A DNA stretch of 64,000 bases from Octopus bimaculoides (taxonomy: Eukaryota): the NCBI RefSeq assembly GCF_001194135.2, contig NC_069004.1:14381384-14445383 (forward strand), given 5' to 3'. The notes under the pieces were generated by a model that worked only from the letters and a program-made list of their open reading frames with translations, did not search any database and had not been told where the DNA came from. Below are positions 1 through 13,507 of the stretch, piece after piece. A program made the position numbers and the translations under genes. The stretch's first letter is position 1; the number at the start of each line of letters is the position of its first letter.

Positions 1-44
<44 letters not shown>

Positions 45-589
45 TATATGTATATATGAATATGTATGTGTGTGTGTTTATGTATATATGTATTTAGACA
101 TGCACATACCCCCCTACACACACATACACACCTTGTATAGACAGTGTCTTTTTTATACATGCTGAATGCACTTCCACACATGCAAATATGCATGAATTAT
201 TTTGCACGCACACATTTACACACACACTCACACAAAGACAGCTATATACATAAACACCTCACCTAACATATGCAACTGTTGTTTTATACTCTTCTGTATT
301 TCTACAATGCTGACAATATGAACACCAGCACCAGCACCCCAACAACCACTCTAACAACAGCAGCAACAGCAATAACAGCAACAAGGAAAACATCTGAAAC
401 ACAGACTGTGACAATATCAATATTTAAATAATGGCAACAGAAAGTTCTGTCGAAGAATCTGCTGAATGATGAGGTCTCTCCAAGAAGTCAGTGAGTTTGT
501 CAACACAACGCTTAGGTGTGTGAAGGTGTTGAAATAAATTCTTCACTCTTAGTTCTACTCCAATATTACATAATTTCAAAATTTCCCCA

Positions 590-760
590 TATGCTCTTTT
601 ACTCTTTTATGCTTCAGTCATTTGACTGCGGCCATGCTGGGGCACCGCTTTTAGTCACAGAAATCAACTCCAGGACTTATTCTTTGCAAGCCTACTACTT
701 ATTCTATCGGTCTCTTTTGCCGAACCACTAAATTTCAGGGACATAAACACAGTCTACTGT
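590..760 (-). mobile_element. 3' half of composite tRNA-derived SINE (family B/C)
   Basis: Reverse complement of the ...gaccgatagaataagtactaggcttacaaagaataagtcctgg...ccagcatggccgcagtcaaatgactgaa...aaaagagtaaaagag module that recurs at 4660, 13330, 31945, 32610, 33255 and 60130. Confidence 0.85.
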
Positions 761-939
761 TGCTTTCATCCTTTTGGGGGTAGATAGAATAAATACCAGT
801 GGAGTACTGGGGGTCGATGTAATTGACTCACCCCCTCCTCCAAAACTGCTGACCTTGGGCCAAAATTTGAAGCCATTATCATTATCTTTCTTTTCTTTTA
901 ATCTGCATATTTGGTGCAATCAGTTACCAGTGCCCTTGG

Positions 940-1266
940 GCAAGTGAAGGTTAAAAGTGAAAACACCCAGCACCCTAGAGAAAGTGAAGGTTAAAAGATG
1001 CTGAAAGCTCGAGGAGAGAAAGTGGGGAGGGTGGTACAGAAATACCTTCATATAATACAACACAAATCTTTAAATTGATAGGGTTTTTCTAAGAATCTGG
1101 GCAGTACTTATCAGCACAATCTTTTGGATTTCTCTGAGATATGGTTCTCCTGGGATGTTGTCTTGATGTTTCTGACATCCCTTTTTAATCATATATAGGG
1201 CACCTACAATAACAGGAACATGTTTTAAGATGCCACATCTTTTGTATTTCAATTTCCAGTTTCCAT
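940..1266 (-). mobile_element. 3' fragment of an RLE-type non-LTR retrotransposon (R4/Dong/HERO-like)
   Basis: The minus strand reads LEIEIQKMWHLK / VPVIVGALYMIKKGCQKHQDNIPGEPYLREIQKIVLISTAQILRKTLSI*. This is the typical C-terminus after the restriction-like endonuclease, followed by a putative 3' UTR. Confidence 0.8.
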
Positions 1267-1289
1267 TTATTATTATTATTATTATTCCT

Positions 1290-1922
1290 TCATAACACAG
1301 TGTAGGTAAAAATGCATCAGAGTCTTTAGCCATTAGTCAATTCACAACAAGGACCTCAGATAGAAAATATTTTCTTCAAGATGAGCACTGTGCCCAATAA
1401 GGCTGCTTTTTGCAAGACATCAATCATGCAAGAAGTCTTGAAGTTTCAATGGGATTTAGCCCAACGCTCCCATCACAACTGGTATCACTTTTACATTATC
1501 CTCTCGCATTCCATACAGTCTTGCCATTTCCACTTTCAATTCGGAGTACTTGAGAATTTTTTTCAACCTCTTTACTCACAACATTCATGTCATTTGTTGT
1601 GGCTACATCAATGATCTGACAGTACTTGTCTCTCTTATTCAATATGACAATATCTGGCTGATAGTGTTCAATTACACGATCCATCTGAAAATCATAGTCT
1701 CAGAGTATCATTACTTCTCCATCTTCCTGCATAACTTTACTTGGTACTTGCTCATACCAGTTCTCTGTTACTTCATATTGGTATTTATGGCATAAGAGCC
1801 AATGAAGATACACACACACTTTATTTTAGCGGTGCTTGTATTCTTTTTGTGCAAGGCTCTCACATCTGCTTACCAAGTGAGTCACATTTTTCATACTCTT
1901 TCCACTGAGTCCGTATTTCTGG
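1290..1922 (-). mobile_element. 5'-truncated RLE-type non-LTR retrotransposon (zinc knuckle plus PD-(D/E)xK endonuclease), decayed
   Basis: The minus strand reads GKSMKNVTHLVSRCESLAQKEYKHR*NKVCVYLHWLLCHKY..WYEQVP..IL*DYDFQMDRVIEHYQPDIVILNKRDKYCQIIDVA..IPVVMGALG..LQKAALLGTVLIL, with stops and frameshifts. (TAA)n arrays lie on both sides. Confidence 0.9.
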
Positions 1923-2183
<261 letters not shown>

Positions 2184-3057
2184 GACACGCTTTGTCTTCC
2201 TTTAATGGAAATGGATTTTTTCCATGTTTACTGAATGAAAGTTCCTTTTGCCGATTATGCTCAAGCAGGCAACCTTATGAAAGTACAAAGAGTATCCAGA
2301 TCCCTTGGGGTAGACAAAAAGTTTTGTCTTTTAAACATTTATCTAATTTTAAGAAATATTTGTTTATTCACAAATTCTTAAAGAGGAATTCTTCTTCATC
2401 TGTAGTCATGGTAAGAGGAGGTAATATCAAAAGAAAAGAAGCACCACAGATCACAGCACCAAATTTTTTTTAAAAAGAAATTGTTGAAAATTGTGAAAAC
2501 AAAAACAGAGGCTGTAAAAAATGACACACACACACACACACACACTTTCATAATGTACTCTAAAACACACACACGCACACATATATATAAATGTAAAATT
2601 ATGGCATTTAAACAAACAGATGCAATTACAAAGACAAACACAAACATTGGAAAAATATACAGAACATATACAAACACACTTGTAATGTAAACACAGATGC
2701 TGATGATAGCCAAAAAGAAAAAAAGAAAGGAAAAGAATTTTCACAATGCAGACAACAAAAACACCTTTACGATGTCTTGAGCCAAGAAGTTTTGAATATG
2801 GAATGTTTTCCTGGAAAATAAAAATTGCAAGAAAGCTATGATACAAAAAATTCAGCTTCTGGGCCTGATGATTTCATTGAAGAAAAGGCAAAGAAAAGAG
2901 CAACATAACCCGTGTTCTTAGAAAGTGGAAACACTTTCAATCTGCTCACAAAAGTGAAATTTCATAAATCTCTTGTCAATGCATTGGAGGAATGCTAGTT
3001 TTATGACACGCAGGGTATACAGTATTGTGTGCCTAGTCTTACAAACTGAAGCTATGA

Positions 3058-3286
3058 TTAAACCCTCTAGCATTTAAAATGTCTATATCTGGCCCAAACA
3101 TTCTACATGTTTTATGTCCAAACTGGTCAGATCTGGCTTCTTGCATCTGTCCTACAATATCATTCTAAAAATTAGCAATGACATCATCAAAATCTCAACG
3201 TTACAAGATAATGCATGAATAATTCAGCACAATGTAAATAAATAAACGTTATATTTGATGAACTAATCTGAGTGCCAAAGAACTAA
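3058..3286. mobile_element. Degenerate piggyBac-like MITE (same family as 38549-39023 and 55106-55326)
   Basis: Starts ttaaaccctctagcattt. The body is similar to the 38.5-39.0 kb copy and to the reverse complement of the 55.1-55.3 kb copy. Confidence 0.6.
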
Positions 3287-4602
3287 GTAACAGTCCCAAT
3301 CATGTTGAACAGCTGTTGTCACATGTAGGACAAGTCCATCTATTAACTGAGTCAATCATAAGGACTGCCTTGTCATGCTCACCTTTAACAAGGTAGGGCA
3401 GGTGACGTTACTCTGTCTGGTGGCTAAGGCAAAAATGTAAACTAGAATAATGAATATAAATTGCAACAACAAAAATAACAAAACCCCATTTCTTCAAGCA
3501 CCACCAGCTAAATCTGTAGGGATAACAAAAAAAAAAAAATCTCTTGGCTCTACTGAGCCTAGATAGATGAGCAAAACCCTCATCTTCTGAGAGTACCAGC
3601 CTGTAGTACAGCATTATTATCATATGATGGAGAAGAAATAATTACTGATGAAAAATACAACAGGGAAAAACAGAGACAAAATCACTCACAGATAAATCTT
3701 AACATTATGCAAGGAAAACATGTGAGGAGGAGCAATTTCTCTGAAACAATAATCAAATCTTTCCTCATGACAGTAAAGAAGAAATGGCAGAGAACACAGA
3801 TGAACTAAGACTCATGATACTTTGGAACTCAAACAACGAGTTAATACACAAAATCAAGAAGTTTGTCATATATATATATATATATANNNNNNNNNNNNNN
3901 NNNNNNNNNNNNNNNNNNNNNNNNNNNNNNNNNNNNNNNNNNNNNNNNNNNNNNNNNNNNNNNNNNNNNNNNNNNNNNNNNNNNNNNNNNNNNNNNNNNN
4001 NNNNNNNNNNNNNNNNNNNNNNNNNNNNNNNNNNNNNNNNNNNNNNNNNNNNNNNNNNNNNNNNNNNNNNNNNNNNNNNNNNNNNNNNNNNNNNNNNNNN
4101 NNNNNNNNNNNNNNNNNNNNNNNNNNNNNNNNNNNNNNNNNNNNNNNNNNNNNNNNNNNNNNNNNNNNNNNNNNNNNNNNNNNNNNNNNNNNNNNNNNNN
4201 NNNNNNNNNNNNNNNNNNNNNNNNNNNNNNNNNNNNNNNNNNNNNNNNNNNNNNNNNNNNNNNNNNNNNNNNNNNNNNNNNNNNNNNNNNNNNNNNNNNN
4301 NNNNNNNNNNNNNNNNNNNNNNNNNNNNNNNNNNNNNNNNNNNNNNNNNNNNNNNNNNNNNNNNNNNNNNNNNNNNNNNNNNNNNNNNNNNNNNNNNNNN
4401 NNNNNNNNNNNNNNNNNNNNNNNNNNNNNNNNNNNNNNNNNNNNNNNNNNNNNNNNNNNNNNNNNNNNNNNNNNNNNNNNNNNNNNNNNNNNNNNNNNNN
4501 NNNNNNNNNNNNNNNNNNNNNNNNNNNNNNNNNNNNNNNNNNNNNNNNNNNNNNNNNNNNNNNNNNNNNNNNNNNNNNNNNNNNNNNNNNNNNNNATATA
4601 TG

Positions 4603-4638
<36 letters not shown>

Positions 4639-4654
4639 TATGTATATGTTTGTA

Positions 4655-4860
4655 TGTCTGTGTTTGTTCCCCCACCATCACTTAAGAACCAATGTTGGTG
4701 TGTTTATGTCCCCATAACTTAGTGGTTCAGCAAAAGAGACCAATAGAATAAGTACTAGGCTTACAAAAAAATAAGTCTTGGAGTCGATTTGTTCAACTAA
4801 AGGCAGTGCTCCAGCATGGCCAGTCAAATGACTTAAGTAAAAGAATAAAAGATTAAAAAA
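4655..4860 (+). mobile_element. 3' half of composite SINE (family B/C)
   Basis: Same module as 13330-13507, preceded by a (TA)/(TG) microsatellite and a gap. Confidence 0.85.
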
Positions 4861-5104
4861 AAGAATATATATATATATATATGTATGTGTGCATATATAT
4901 ATATATTTGAAGGCTGTTTGTTATGGCCGGTCAGATAGTGGGCATTGGTTTCACACCTATAAGGCACTTAGCTATATAAGTTCAAAACCAATGGTCACTT
5001 TCTGACTGACCATAACAAACAACCTTCTAAATATTACTACTCTATTGTTTTCGAGTGTGCTTCCTTTTCAAATATATAAACTACTGAGTGATATATACAT
5101 ATAA

Positions 5105-5139
<35 letters not shown>

Positions 5140-5708
5140 TGGTGTGTGCACCCTTAAGATTCTGATATGGTCTTCCATATATCATAAAATGTCTCTTTCC
5201 CTTTCCTTCACAGTGTCTTCTTTTCTTTTTTTTTATACCCCGCATTAAACACTTATAATACAGTGGTGTAGTTTGGGTAGTGAAACCGTAGTATAGTGAA
5301 AATTATATTATATTATATTATTGTATTGTATTGTTGATACATGTGTGTGTGTGTGTGTGTGCATATGTATGCAAACACGTGATATGTATATACAGTAATA
5401 TACAGTGGGTATTCAAATCTGTTGTGCTAAACATTAAATGAATGAATAGTAGATAACAGTCATATTTAATATGAGATCAGAAATAGAAGTAATACATGTA
5501 TACATATGCAGTATATTGTTGTAAATATACACCAGTCTGTTGAAGTAATATATAGATAGATAGATATATACATACATATATACATACATACATACATATA
5601 TATATATGTATATATATATATATATGTATATAAATATGTATATATANNNNNNNNNNNNNNNNNNNNNNNNNNNNNNNNNNNNNNNNNNNNNNNNNNNNNN
5701 NNNNNNNN

Positions 5709-5741
<33 letters not shown>

Positions 5742-7189
5742 TATATTTGGATTGTGTGTATTTTGGAGTATTACTTGTTAATGGCTTATTATACAATGTA
5801 AAATGAATATAAGCAGCTAGCATACACCAGTTTTACATCAAAGTCACATGTATTGACAGTAAATACTTACTAGATACTTTTTCTATCAAAATACTTCTCA
5901 AATATTTCCAAATAGTTTAGAAATGTTCAGAATTTGAAAGTGGAGGGGGGGAAAAAAACAAAACAAAAATAAAGCAAAAACTGAAAACAAAACCATAAAA
6001 ATATGAAACCACCAAACAAAGCCCATCCTTCCTCTCTAGAAATTAGACATATTTTTTGTAACTGTCAATATAGTATTGCACGAAATAAAATCTAGTTAAT
6101 TTGATATACAACAGACATTTATTTACCGTTTTCATTTTTTGTTTCTTGAATTCAAACTTGGACTTATCTTTCTTTTCTCTGGCTTGCTTCTTTACCTTCT
6201 GTTTCTATTTTGTCAAACAAAATGTCTGCTTGTTAAATAGTATTCAATAACCTTCCTCCTTAAAATAGCAAACAACAAAAAATACAGCAATAATAACTCC
6301 TGTAACAACAATAAAAAACTAATGGAAAAACTCAGCTTTTCCTCTGCTGTTTGTTTCATTGAATTTGTTTCTCTCTATTTTTGTGTGTAATAAATTAGAC
6401 ATTGTTCGAAGATACGACTGAAAGTCTTCTGGCTCAGAGCAAAACAGAGGAATGGGCTATGTCAATCACACTGTTATGTTCATCAAAGACACCAACATTT
6501 GAGAAGAGAAGAAAGTTTCGATATTTTTCTACCTCCCGCATGGGCTCCCTCTGTACAAACATTTCCTCCTTGAGTTTCAGAATTAATGGTATACAAGAAG
6601 TGACTTTATAGCATTTTTGATTGGTACATTAAATTGTTGTCTTATGTTTTTATTGTAGACTTCCCTTGCACTACCAAGTGCAGTTCAGTGCAACTTAAGT
6701 AGTGCAATCTTTTGCTACGACCTTCTATTTCTATTGTATTCAAACTAACAATGTAGCACCTTCTGCTACTATTTTCTCTATAGTTGTAACTTCTTGGGTT
6801 TTGGTTAAATATGTTTTAAATCTTTCCCATCATACTTAGTATACTATGTACATACTAATTGCTAACATGGTAGGATACGTTATTGACTTATAATGCTTTT
6901 AATATACTTGGTAGTATATTATGATTGCATAATGAAATGCAGTGTACCTACCAACAATTAATGTGTATGTTAAATGATGATGATGATGTGTCAGTTGTCA
7001 GGAATGTATTTAATATGTAAAATTGGTATATCCAGTTGTATTACACCACTAAATTTAGTGGTTATTTGAGCAATGTGTTTGTAGACGACTGATGGGTAGA
7101 ATGTGATGCTGATGAAAATGCAAGGATTCCTAAAATATATATATATATACACCCATTACCTATTCTTTCTATCTTCAGTCACATTGTTT

Positions 7190-7690
7190 ACATAGGCATA
7201 TTTGTATATGAAATGTAACTCAGAGCTGGTTCTAATTTCTATGGAAAATCTGTGGAGATTACTTAGTATAGCTGGAATTGCCTTCATTTTCAGTCCCCGT
7301 TTTGGCTATATCTAATATTTACTTCAAGATCTGGATATATATTTTGACAATTTCTCTATTTCTTTTGGAAATACATTGTTGGACATTATGATCAATGCTT
7401 TGATTCAGAGGTGACTTCCTTTACTGGTTAACCTTGAAAACAACAACTGGTCAGTTTTCATAGATTTTCTTGTCTGTATGGAACAACACATCCCATACTA
7501 TGATCTCTTTATCCTTCCCTGAAACATTTCCTGTTGGATTCCATAATGCCAGCATAGTTTCCTGTATGTGATAGCACCCCACCCCATCTCTGGAGAAGAA
7601 TTTTCTCTTGGCTAAGAGAGGACAGCCAGAAGCAGTATGGTTGATTATAAGCTTGTTACATACTCAAAGATGTTCAAGACATATTTGAAC
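7190..7690 (-). mobile_element. Decayed RLE-type non-LTR retrotransposon fragment
   Basis: The minus strand reads IINHTASGCPLLAKRKFFSRDGVGAITYRKLCWHYGI (zinc knuckle region), then VWDVLFHTDKKIYEN*PVVV (degenerate RPD motif region). Confidence 0.75.
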
Positions 7691-8039
7691 TCTCAAGGAA
7701 ACCATCCACTGCATTTTGCCATGGAGAAAAATCCTCACTGTAGACAAAACAGTATAAATACACCAAGTCAGTTCAAAGCACCTTTTACCTAGATTAATGG
7801 ATGACTGCATTTCGAAGTACTTACCTTCTTTTCAGCATCAAACATTGGAAATAAAGGTGACTGAATTGACTACAAGACCAGGATTCTCTTATTAGATTCC
7901 ACCATAGGGAGAATTTTTCTCCATGACAAAATGTAGTGAATGACTGTCTTATAGGTTTGAATATGTCTCAGGCATATTCAAAAACCACTGCTTAACACTT
8001 CCAATCGATATTTTACTATGGCCAGGCAGTTGGTTAACA

Positions 8040-8252
8040 CTGTCAATGTATTTTGATTGGAATCTAGCCAAAGCGTGGCTGTACTCTAGCTGGTCATCTG
8101 AACACAGCATATTCTGCAGATCAACTCCCCAGAGACACTGGATGCCTCCCTAAAGACCTCCTTCAACTAATGCAGGACTGAGATGGATGGCATGTGTGGG
8201 TTAAAAAAATCTCTGAACAAGCTTGACCAGATGATAACGATGATGACGATGA
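8040..8252 (+). mobile_element. 3' end of an RTE/RTEX-type LINE, decayed
   Basis: Reads ADQLPRDTGCLPKDLLQLMQD*DGWHVWV followed by a (GAT)-like tail; typical RTE-group C-terminus. Confidence 0.7.
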
Positions 8253-8663
8253 CCCTTGTAGTCAGTTCAGAGTTGCCTCTATTTCCAGTGTTTGATGCTG
8301 ATGATGAGATAACTACTCCAAAATGCATGCCTCCATCGATCTAGGTAGAGGACACACTGAATTGACCTGGTGTATTTACATCTTTTTAGTCTACAGCAAA
8401 GATTTTTCTCCGTAACAAATTGCAGAGAACGACCTTCTCATGAGTCTGACTCTGTCTCAGACATATTTCAGACTGGTAACAAGTTTATATTTATATAAAT
8501 TACTGTTTTGTGCTTCTATCCCAATATAGTCAATTATTTCTCCTCAGTCGCTTCATACTCTATGGTTATTTAATGTATACTGCATTTCCACAATCAAGAA
8601 CCCTTCAGTCTCAATTTTGATTCCTGTACTTCATAGGCAGAGCTGCAATATTACTTTTTCTTT

Positions 8664-8870
8664 AAGGTGGCAAACTGGCAGAAATAGACGAAATACTTAA
8701 CGGTATTTCATGTCTTTACGTTCTGAGTTCAAATTCCACTGAAGTTGAGTTTGCTTTTCATCCTTTTGGGTGGGGGTCAATAAATTAAGTGCCAGTTGCA
8801 TACTGGGGTCGATCAACTCGACTGGCCCCCTCCCCCAAAATTTCGAGCCTTGTGCCTAGAGTAGAAAAAA
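8664..8870 (+). mobile_element. tRNA-derived SINE, family A
   Basis: Head aaggtggcaaactggcagaa, B-box-like gagttcaaattcc, and body tttcatccttttggg..gtcaataaattaagt..actggggtcgat. More than 12 similar copies occur in the window. Confidence 0.85.
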
Positions 8871-9339
8871 ATATTTCTTTGCCTTTTTCCACCCTTTTCA
8901 GTTTTTTTTTTCTGCTATAGACCATTCTCTTGCCATTGTTTTAACCAAACATTTCTTCCATGCAATTTTTATTGCTTCTCCTTCTTCCTCATAACTGTCC
9001 ATCACACCAGCCTCTCTTTTCTAATTACTGGCTTCCTTGAAGGCAGAAGACAGTTGTTTCTTTCCTTCCTGTTTTTGAAACTATCTGTGTGTTCTTCATT
9101 GTTATTTATTAGATATTTTTCTTGTCCTACAGTAAATATTTTATAATAGATTTCTTGTCACCTAACACCACCACTTTTTTGTAATTCATGATAAATATAA
9201 TCATTCTGTGTACAATTTTGATTTGTGTATTTATTCTCAATGTCACATTTATTTTTCTGGATTCTCTAAATGATCTTTCTACTTCATCAAGGGTCCACTT
9301 AAGAATATTTTATGACTGGGACAGCTGAAATATTAATGC

Positions 9340-9795
9340 TTAGCTTTTGTCTTTTACTTGTTTCAGTCATTAGACTGTGGCCATGCTGAAGCATTACTTT
9401 GAAGGCTCTCACTCAAACAAAGGGGCCACAGCCTTGAAGGGTTTTCAGTCAAACAAATCTCTAAGCCTAGTACTTATTCTATTAGTCTCTTTGCCAAACT
9501 GTTAAATTACAGGGATGTAAACAGACCAACACCGGTTGTCAAGTACTAGTGGAGGACAAACACAAAGCCAAAGACGTGCAAACACATGCAAACGCACACA
9601 CACACACATACACGTGTGCTCACACACACATATGTATATAAAGGGCTTCTTTCAGTTTCCATCTATTAAATCCACTCAAGAGGCTTTGATTGGCCCAGGG
9701 CTATAGTAGAAGGCACTGGCCCAAAGTGTCCTGCAGTAGGACTGAGCCTGAAACCATGTGGTTGGGGTGTAAGCTTCTTACCACACAGCCATGCC
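9340..9795 (-). mobile_element. Composite tRNA-derived SINE (family B head, microsatellite, module C)
   Basis: Reverse complement of the 13138-13507 organisation. Confidence 0.85.
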
Positions 9796-10485
9796 TGAAC
9801 CTATTACTACAATATTTATACATCTTGCTTTTTTCAATTTCAAGATCTTTGTGTTTTGACAGTTTTTCCATTTCCATCTGGGTAAGATTTTGCTCAAAAC
9901 AGATTGTAATGTATATAAAAGTTCAGAGGTTTTCATTTCAGTTCTTGATAATTATATGTGAACAGAAGAGTGTTGTAGTTCACTTGAAGCATTGTAGTAT
10001 AGAAGTAGAATAATAAATGAAAAGAGAAATGAAGGAAGCTTCAAACAATACAGAGATCAAAGTTGTAAACCCTTCATATATTTTGGCACAAAGGCCCTGA
10101 TGGGCAGTAACCCCGTTTTCATCTCATATTTTTCAATTTTCCTCTCTGCATTGTTAGAAGATTTCTTCATTTCCTTTTTCACTTACCATTCTACTTTCAC
10201 ATCTGCGCCATTTATCATGGTCTCCTATGACAGCCTTGTCACGTGTGATTGTGACTGGGTTGTATGCTTAACAAACATCATCATCCTTATTGTCATCATG
10301 TCCTCATTGTTTTAATGTACACATTTCTTGGCTTGTTTAAATCAGGCAGAATTCATTGAGGCAGATTTTCTATGGCCAGATACCCTTTCTGTAATCAACT
10401 ATCACATGTTTTTAAACAAGGTTTCATTCCCCAAGACCAGACAATGTTTGGGAGAAAAGCTAAAAATGAATGACACTGTTTATAT

Positions 10486-10712
10486 CAGTGGTTCCCAACC
10501 TGGGGGTCTGCAGAGCCCTGGTGGTTCACAAAGGTAGTACTGGGNNNNNNNNNNNNNNNNNNNNNNNNNNNNNNNNNNGGGGGGGGGGGGGTCTGTGAAC
10601 TAAAATCAAATTTCATATATATACATATACATAAGGATAAGCATATTAAAAGAGGTCAATAAGAAAACTCCTTTAAATAAAAAGGGATGGGAACCACTGT
10701 TGGGAACCACTG
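10486..10712. mobile_element. hAT (Charlie-like) MITE
   Basis: TIRs cagtggttcccaac / gttgggaaccactg. It contains a small gap, and no matching 8-bp TSD is visible. Confidence 0.6.
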
Positions 10713-10861
10713 TGAAAAGGGGGATGCTTGTTTACAGCTATAATGCAATGTTAAAGTGAGAAGGCACAATCCCATACATGTACATACCCATATACATACA
10801 TACATACATACATACATACATACATGCATAATGGTAAAAGCTAGAGCCATTCATAATGAAA

Positions 10862-11251
10862 AGGAATACTGGAGGAATGTATCAGTGAAGACCTCAATAA
10901 AATGAAAGCACAAGAGACCTGATATAATGATTTGGGATAGAAAAGAGAAACTGTGCACAGTTGTGGAAATTAGCTGCCCAGCAGATGCTAACATAAAGTC
11001 AAAGATCAGTGAAAAAGAGAACACCTATGCTGAACTATTGAGAAATCTACAGTTACTCTAGCCAGATTACAAATTCAGGTTTATACCTGCAATTATTGGG
11101 GCTCTGGAATATGTAACATACTGCCTAAATACCAATCTTGAGAAATTAGGCTTCTCAAAACAAGAAAGGAGAAAGCTAATTCGAAGACTACAGATCCAAT
11201 TCATCAGTGGAGCTGTAAAAATCTGTGAAACTTCCCAGAATTTATCATTTA
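10862..11251 (+). mobile_element. RLE endonuclease C-terminal fragment of a non-LTR retrotransposon
   Basis: Reads KHKRPDIMIWDRKEKLCTVVEISCPADANIKSKISEKENTYAELLRNLQLL*PDYKFRFIPAIIGALEYV..LEKLGFSKQERRKLIRRLQIQ; RPD..E..K motif with one in-frame stop. Confidence 0.9.
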
Positions 11252-11804
11252 AACATATATGAGCATGTCTAGATATGTAACTATATGCATGAGAATACAT
11301 ACATAAGACATACAAATCTGCACATACATGCATACATACAAAAATACCATGTGGATGTTGAAATTCCAGTGAAAGATCCACTAGGTTAGAAGCCGGTTCT
11401 ATCTCTATTGGCAAGAAATCTGGAAATAAACTGAATAATGACATACATACATACATTTATATATATATATATATAGTAATAACAAGAACTTTTGGATGGA
11501 AATTCATAAATCCTTTAATGCATTGGACCATCCCATAAAATTACTCTGGAAGATGTGAACAATAAGTGGTAGCCAGAATAAATAGCATAAGAGCTTTCAT
11601 AAGAGCTTTTCAGGATTGCACTCAAAAGCTTTTCACATAAACAAACTTAAAGGATATATATATATATATGTAGTTAAGGTGAGGATGTCTTATCCTTATA
11701 AGGGATTATTATATCCAAAATTTCACTAGTTTAATCACTAACACTGTTGAGGAAAGACTCTTCGATATGTATGGGATTATTATAAGTATAAATATTATTA
11801 AAAA

Positions 11805-12033
11805 AGTGGAATGTAGAGTTGGTAAGGATGTAAAATTAATTCATTAACATACTTCCAAAATTAAGACAAAATAAAGTCAAATAAAGCCTACATATGTTTC
11901 GATTCAGTACCATAAATAATTGCATAATTCAAAAATCGAAATGTACGTAGGCTTTCTTTGAATTTATTTTGTCTTTATTTTGGAAGTATGTCAATAGATT
12001 AATTTTACATCCTTACCAATTCTTCATTCCTCT
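11805..12033. repeat. Long inverted repeat (foldback), ~100-bp arms and 29-nt loop
   Basis: 11805-11904 matches the reverse complement of 11934-12033 with scattered substitutions. Confidence 0.9.
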
Positions 12034-12639
12034 TCTATAATCATATGTATATATGTAGATAGTGTTGATCCCCACTTTAACATGGGTATTCTCTAAGAGA
12101 TGATGATACTTCAATTTTAACCCCAGGAAGACATCTACAGTTGGTTTATTTAGTGCACTTTCCATACTCAATATTTATTGAAAAGTGGGAGTAAACTCCT
12201 GCCAGCATACCTTTGAGAATACCAGATATGTGATTTTGATTCTTGAATCTCTTCAGTGGTGAGCAATCATTTTCCATGCATGGCACTAGTTTATATATAT
12301 ATATATATGATGATGATCACTCCAATCAATTTTTACATATAAGACTTTGAAGAAGAGGATTTAAGGGGGGAAAAATGAGACAAAGAAACAACACCTTTAA
12401 GAATAAAAGAAGAAAAACAGCTGCATCTATTTACGATGAATATGTGAATGTAATTTGAGTCCAGGGATAGATTTTTCTATGGAGTCAGAATGGGAACAAT
12501 GATGATTTGGATTTTGTCTGAGATTAGACAAATGTGTCTATTGATTGTGGGATATAATTTGTTTACTGTTCTCTTTCTTCAACTCAAATTGTTTTGATGC
12601 ATCATGACATTTTATACCATGTAGATCAATCTAGGTAAT

Positions 12640-12800
12640 GACTTTCCCTTAGATATCAAATTTAGCTTTAGAGACTTTTGTGATTGCTTCAACTTGTCTT
12701 TACACCTAAGGATGGATCTTCCTTTTCTGTGGTGTCCCTCTACTTATTGGCCATACAAAAGAATTTTCAGAATGCAGTCATCTTCCATTTGAACATGTCC
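12640..12800 (-). mobile_element. Decayed RTE LINE 3' RT fragment
   Basis: The minus strand reads GHVQMEDDCILKILLYGQ*VEGHHRKGRSILRCKDKLKQ. Confidence 0.7.
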
Positions 12801-13137
12801 TACTTATTTGTGGTGTCGACGCCCCCAGGCGAAGAAGTAGGATCTCCCAAGACATATAAATAGAGGTAGTCTGGCCGTGGTAGGAGTGTTGAGTAGCAGC
12901 TGAGTAGCAGTTGTGTAGCGGTTGAGTAGAGATCATCCGAAGGTGCTAGATAGCAGTAGCGTTGAAACATAACATTGAATTCTGAGTAGCATGCTTTTGA
13001 TACAGGAGAGATCACATTTTTCTAAGATTTTGACATTTAATATCTTGTCTTGCCATTTTGTGTTGCAGATATTGTTCAGACAGCATATGTGAACGGTTTC
13101 AAGTTTCTTTATATATATAGTCTTTGCATATATAATA

Positions 13138-13507
13138 GGCGCAGAAGTGGCTGTGTGGTAAGTAACTTGCTAACCGACCACATGGTTCCGGGTTCAGTCC
13201 CACTGTGTGGCACCTTGGTCAAGTGTCTTCTTCTATAGCCTCAGGCCAACCAAAACCTTGTGAGTGAATTTGGTAGACGGAACCTGAAAGAAGCCTGTCG
13301 TATATATTTGAGTGTGTATGTTTGTTTGTGTGTCTGTGTTTGTCCCCCCCACCATCGCTTGAAAACCAATGCTGGTGTGTTTACTTGCAGTTTGGCAAAA
13401 GAGACCACTAGGAGAGGTACTGGGCTTACAAAGAATAAGTCCTGGGGTAGATTTGGTGGTGCTCCAGCTTGGCCACAGTCAAATGAGTGAAACAAAATAA
13501 AAGAATA
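13138..13507 (+). mobile_element. Complete composite tRNA-derived SINE (family B/C)
   Basis: Head ggcgcagaagtggctgtgtggtaag (A box), gggttcagtcc (B box), gcaccttgg[g/t]caagtgtctt core, internal (TA)/(TG) tract and 3' module. It probably corresponds to one of the described octopus OK/OR1/OR2 SINEs; the assignment was not checked. Confidence 0.85.

Noticed and set aside
6666-6707. Short hairpin ttgcactac..gtagtgcaa
   Set aside because: Too short for a miRNA precursor, with no supporting context.
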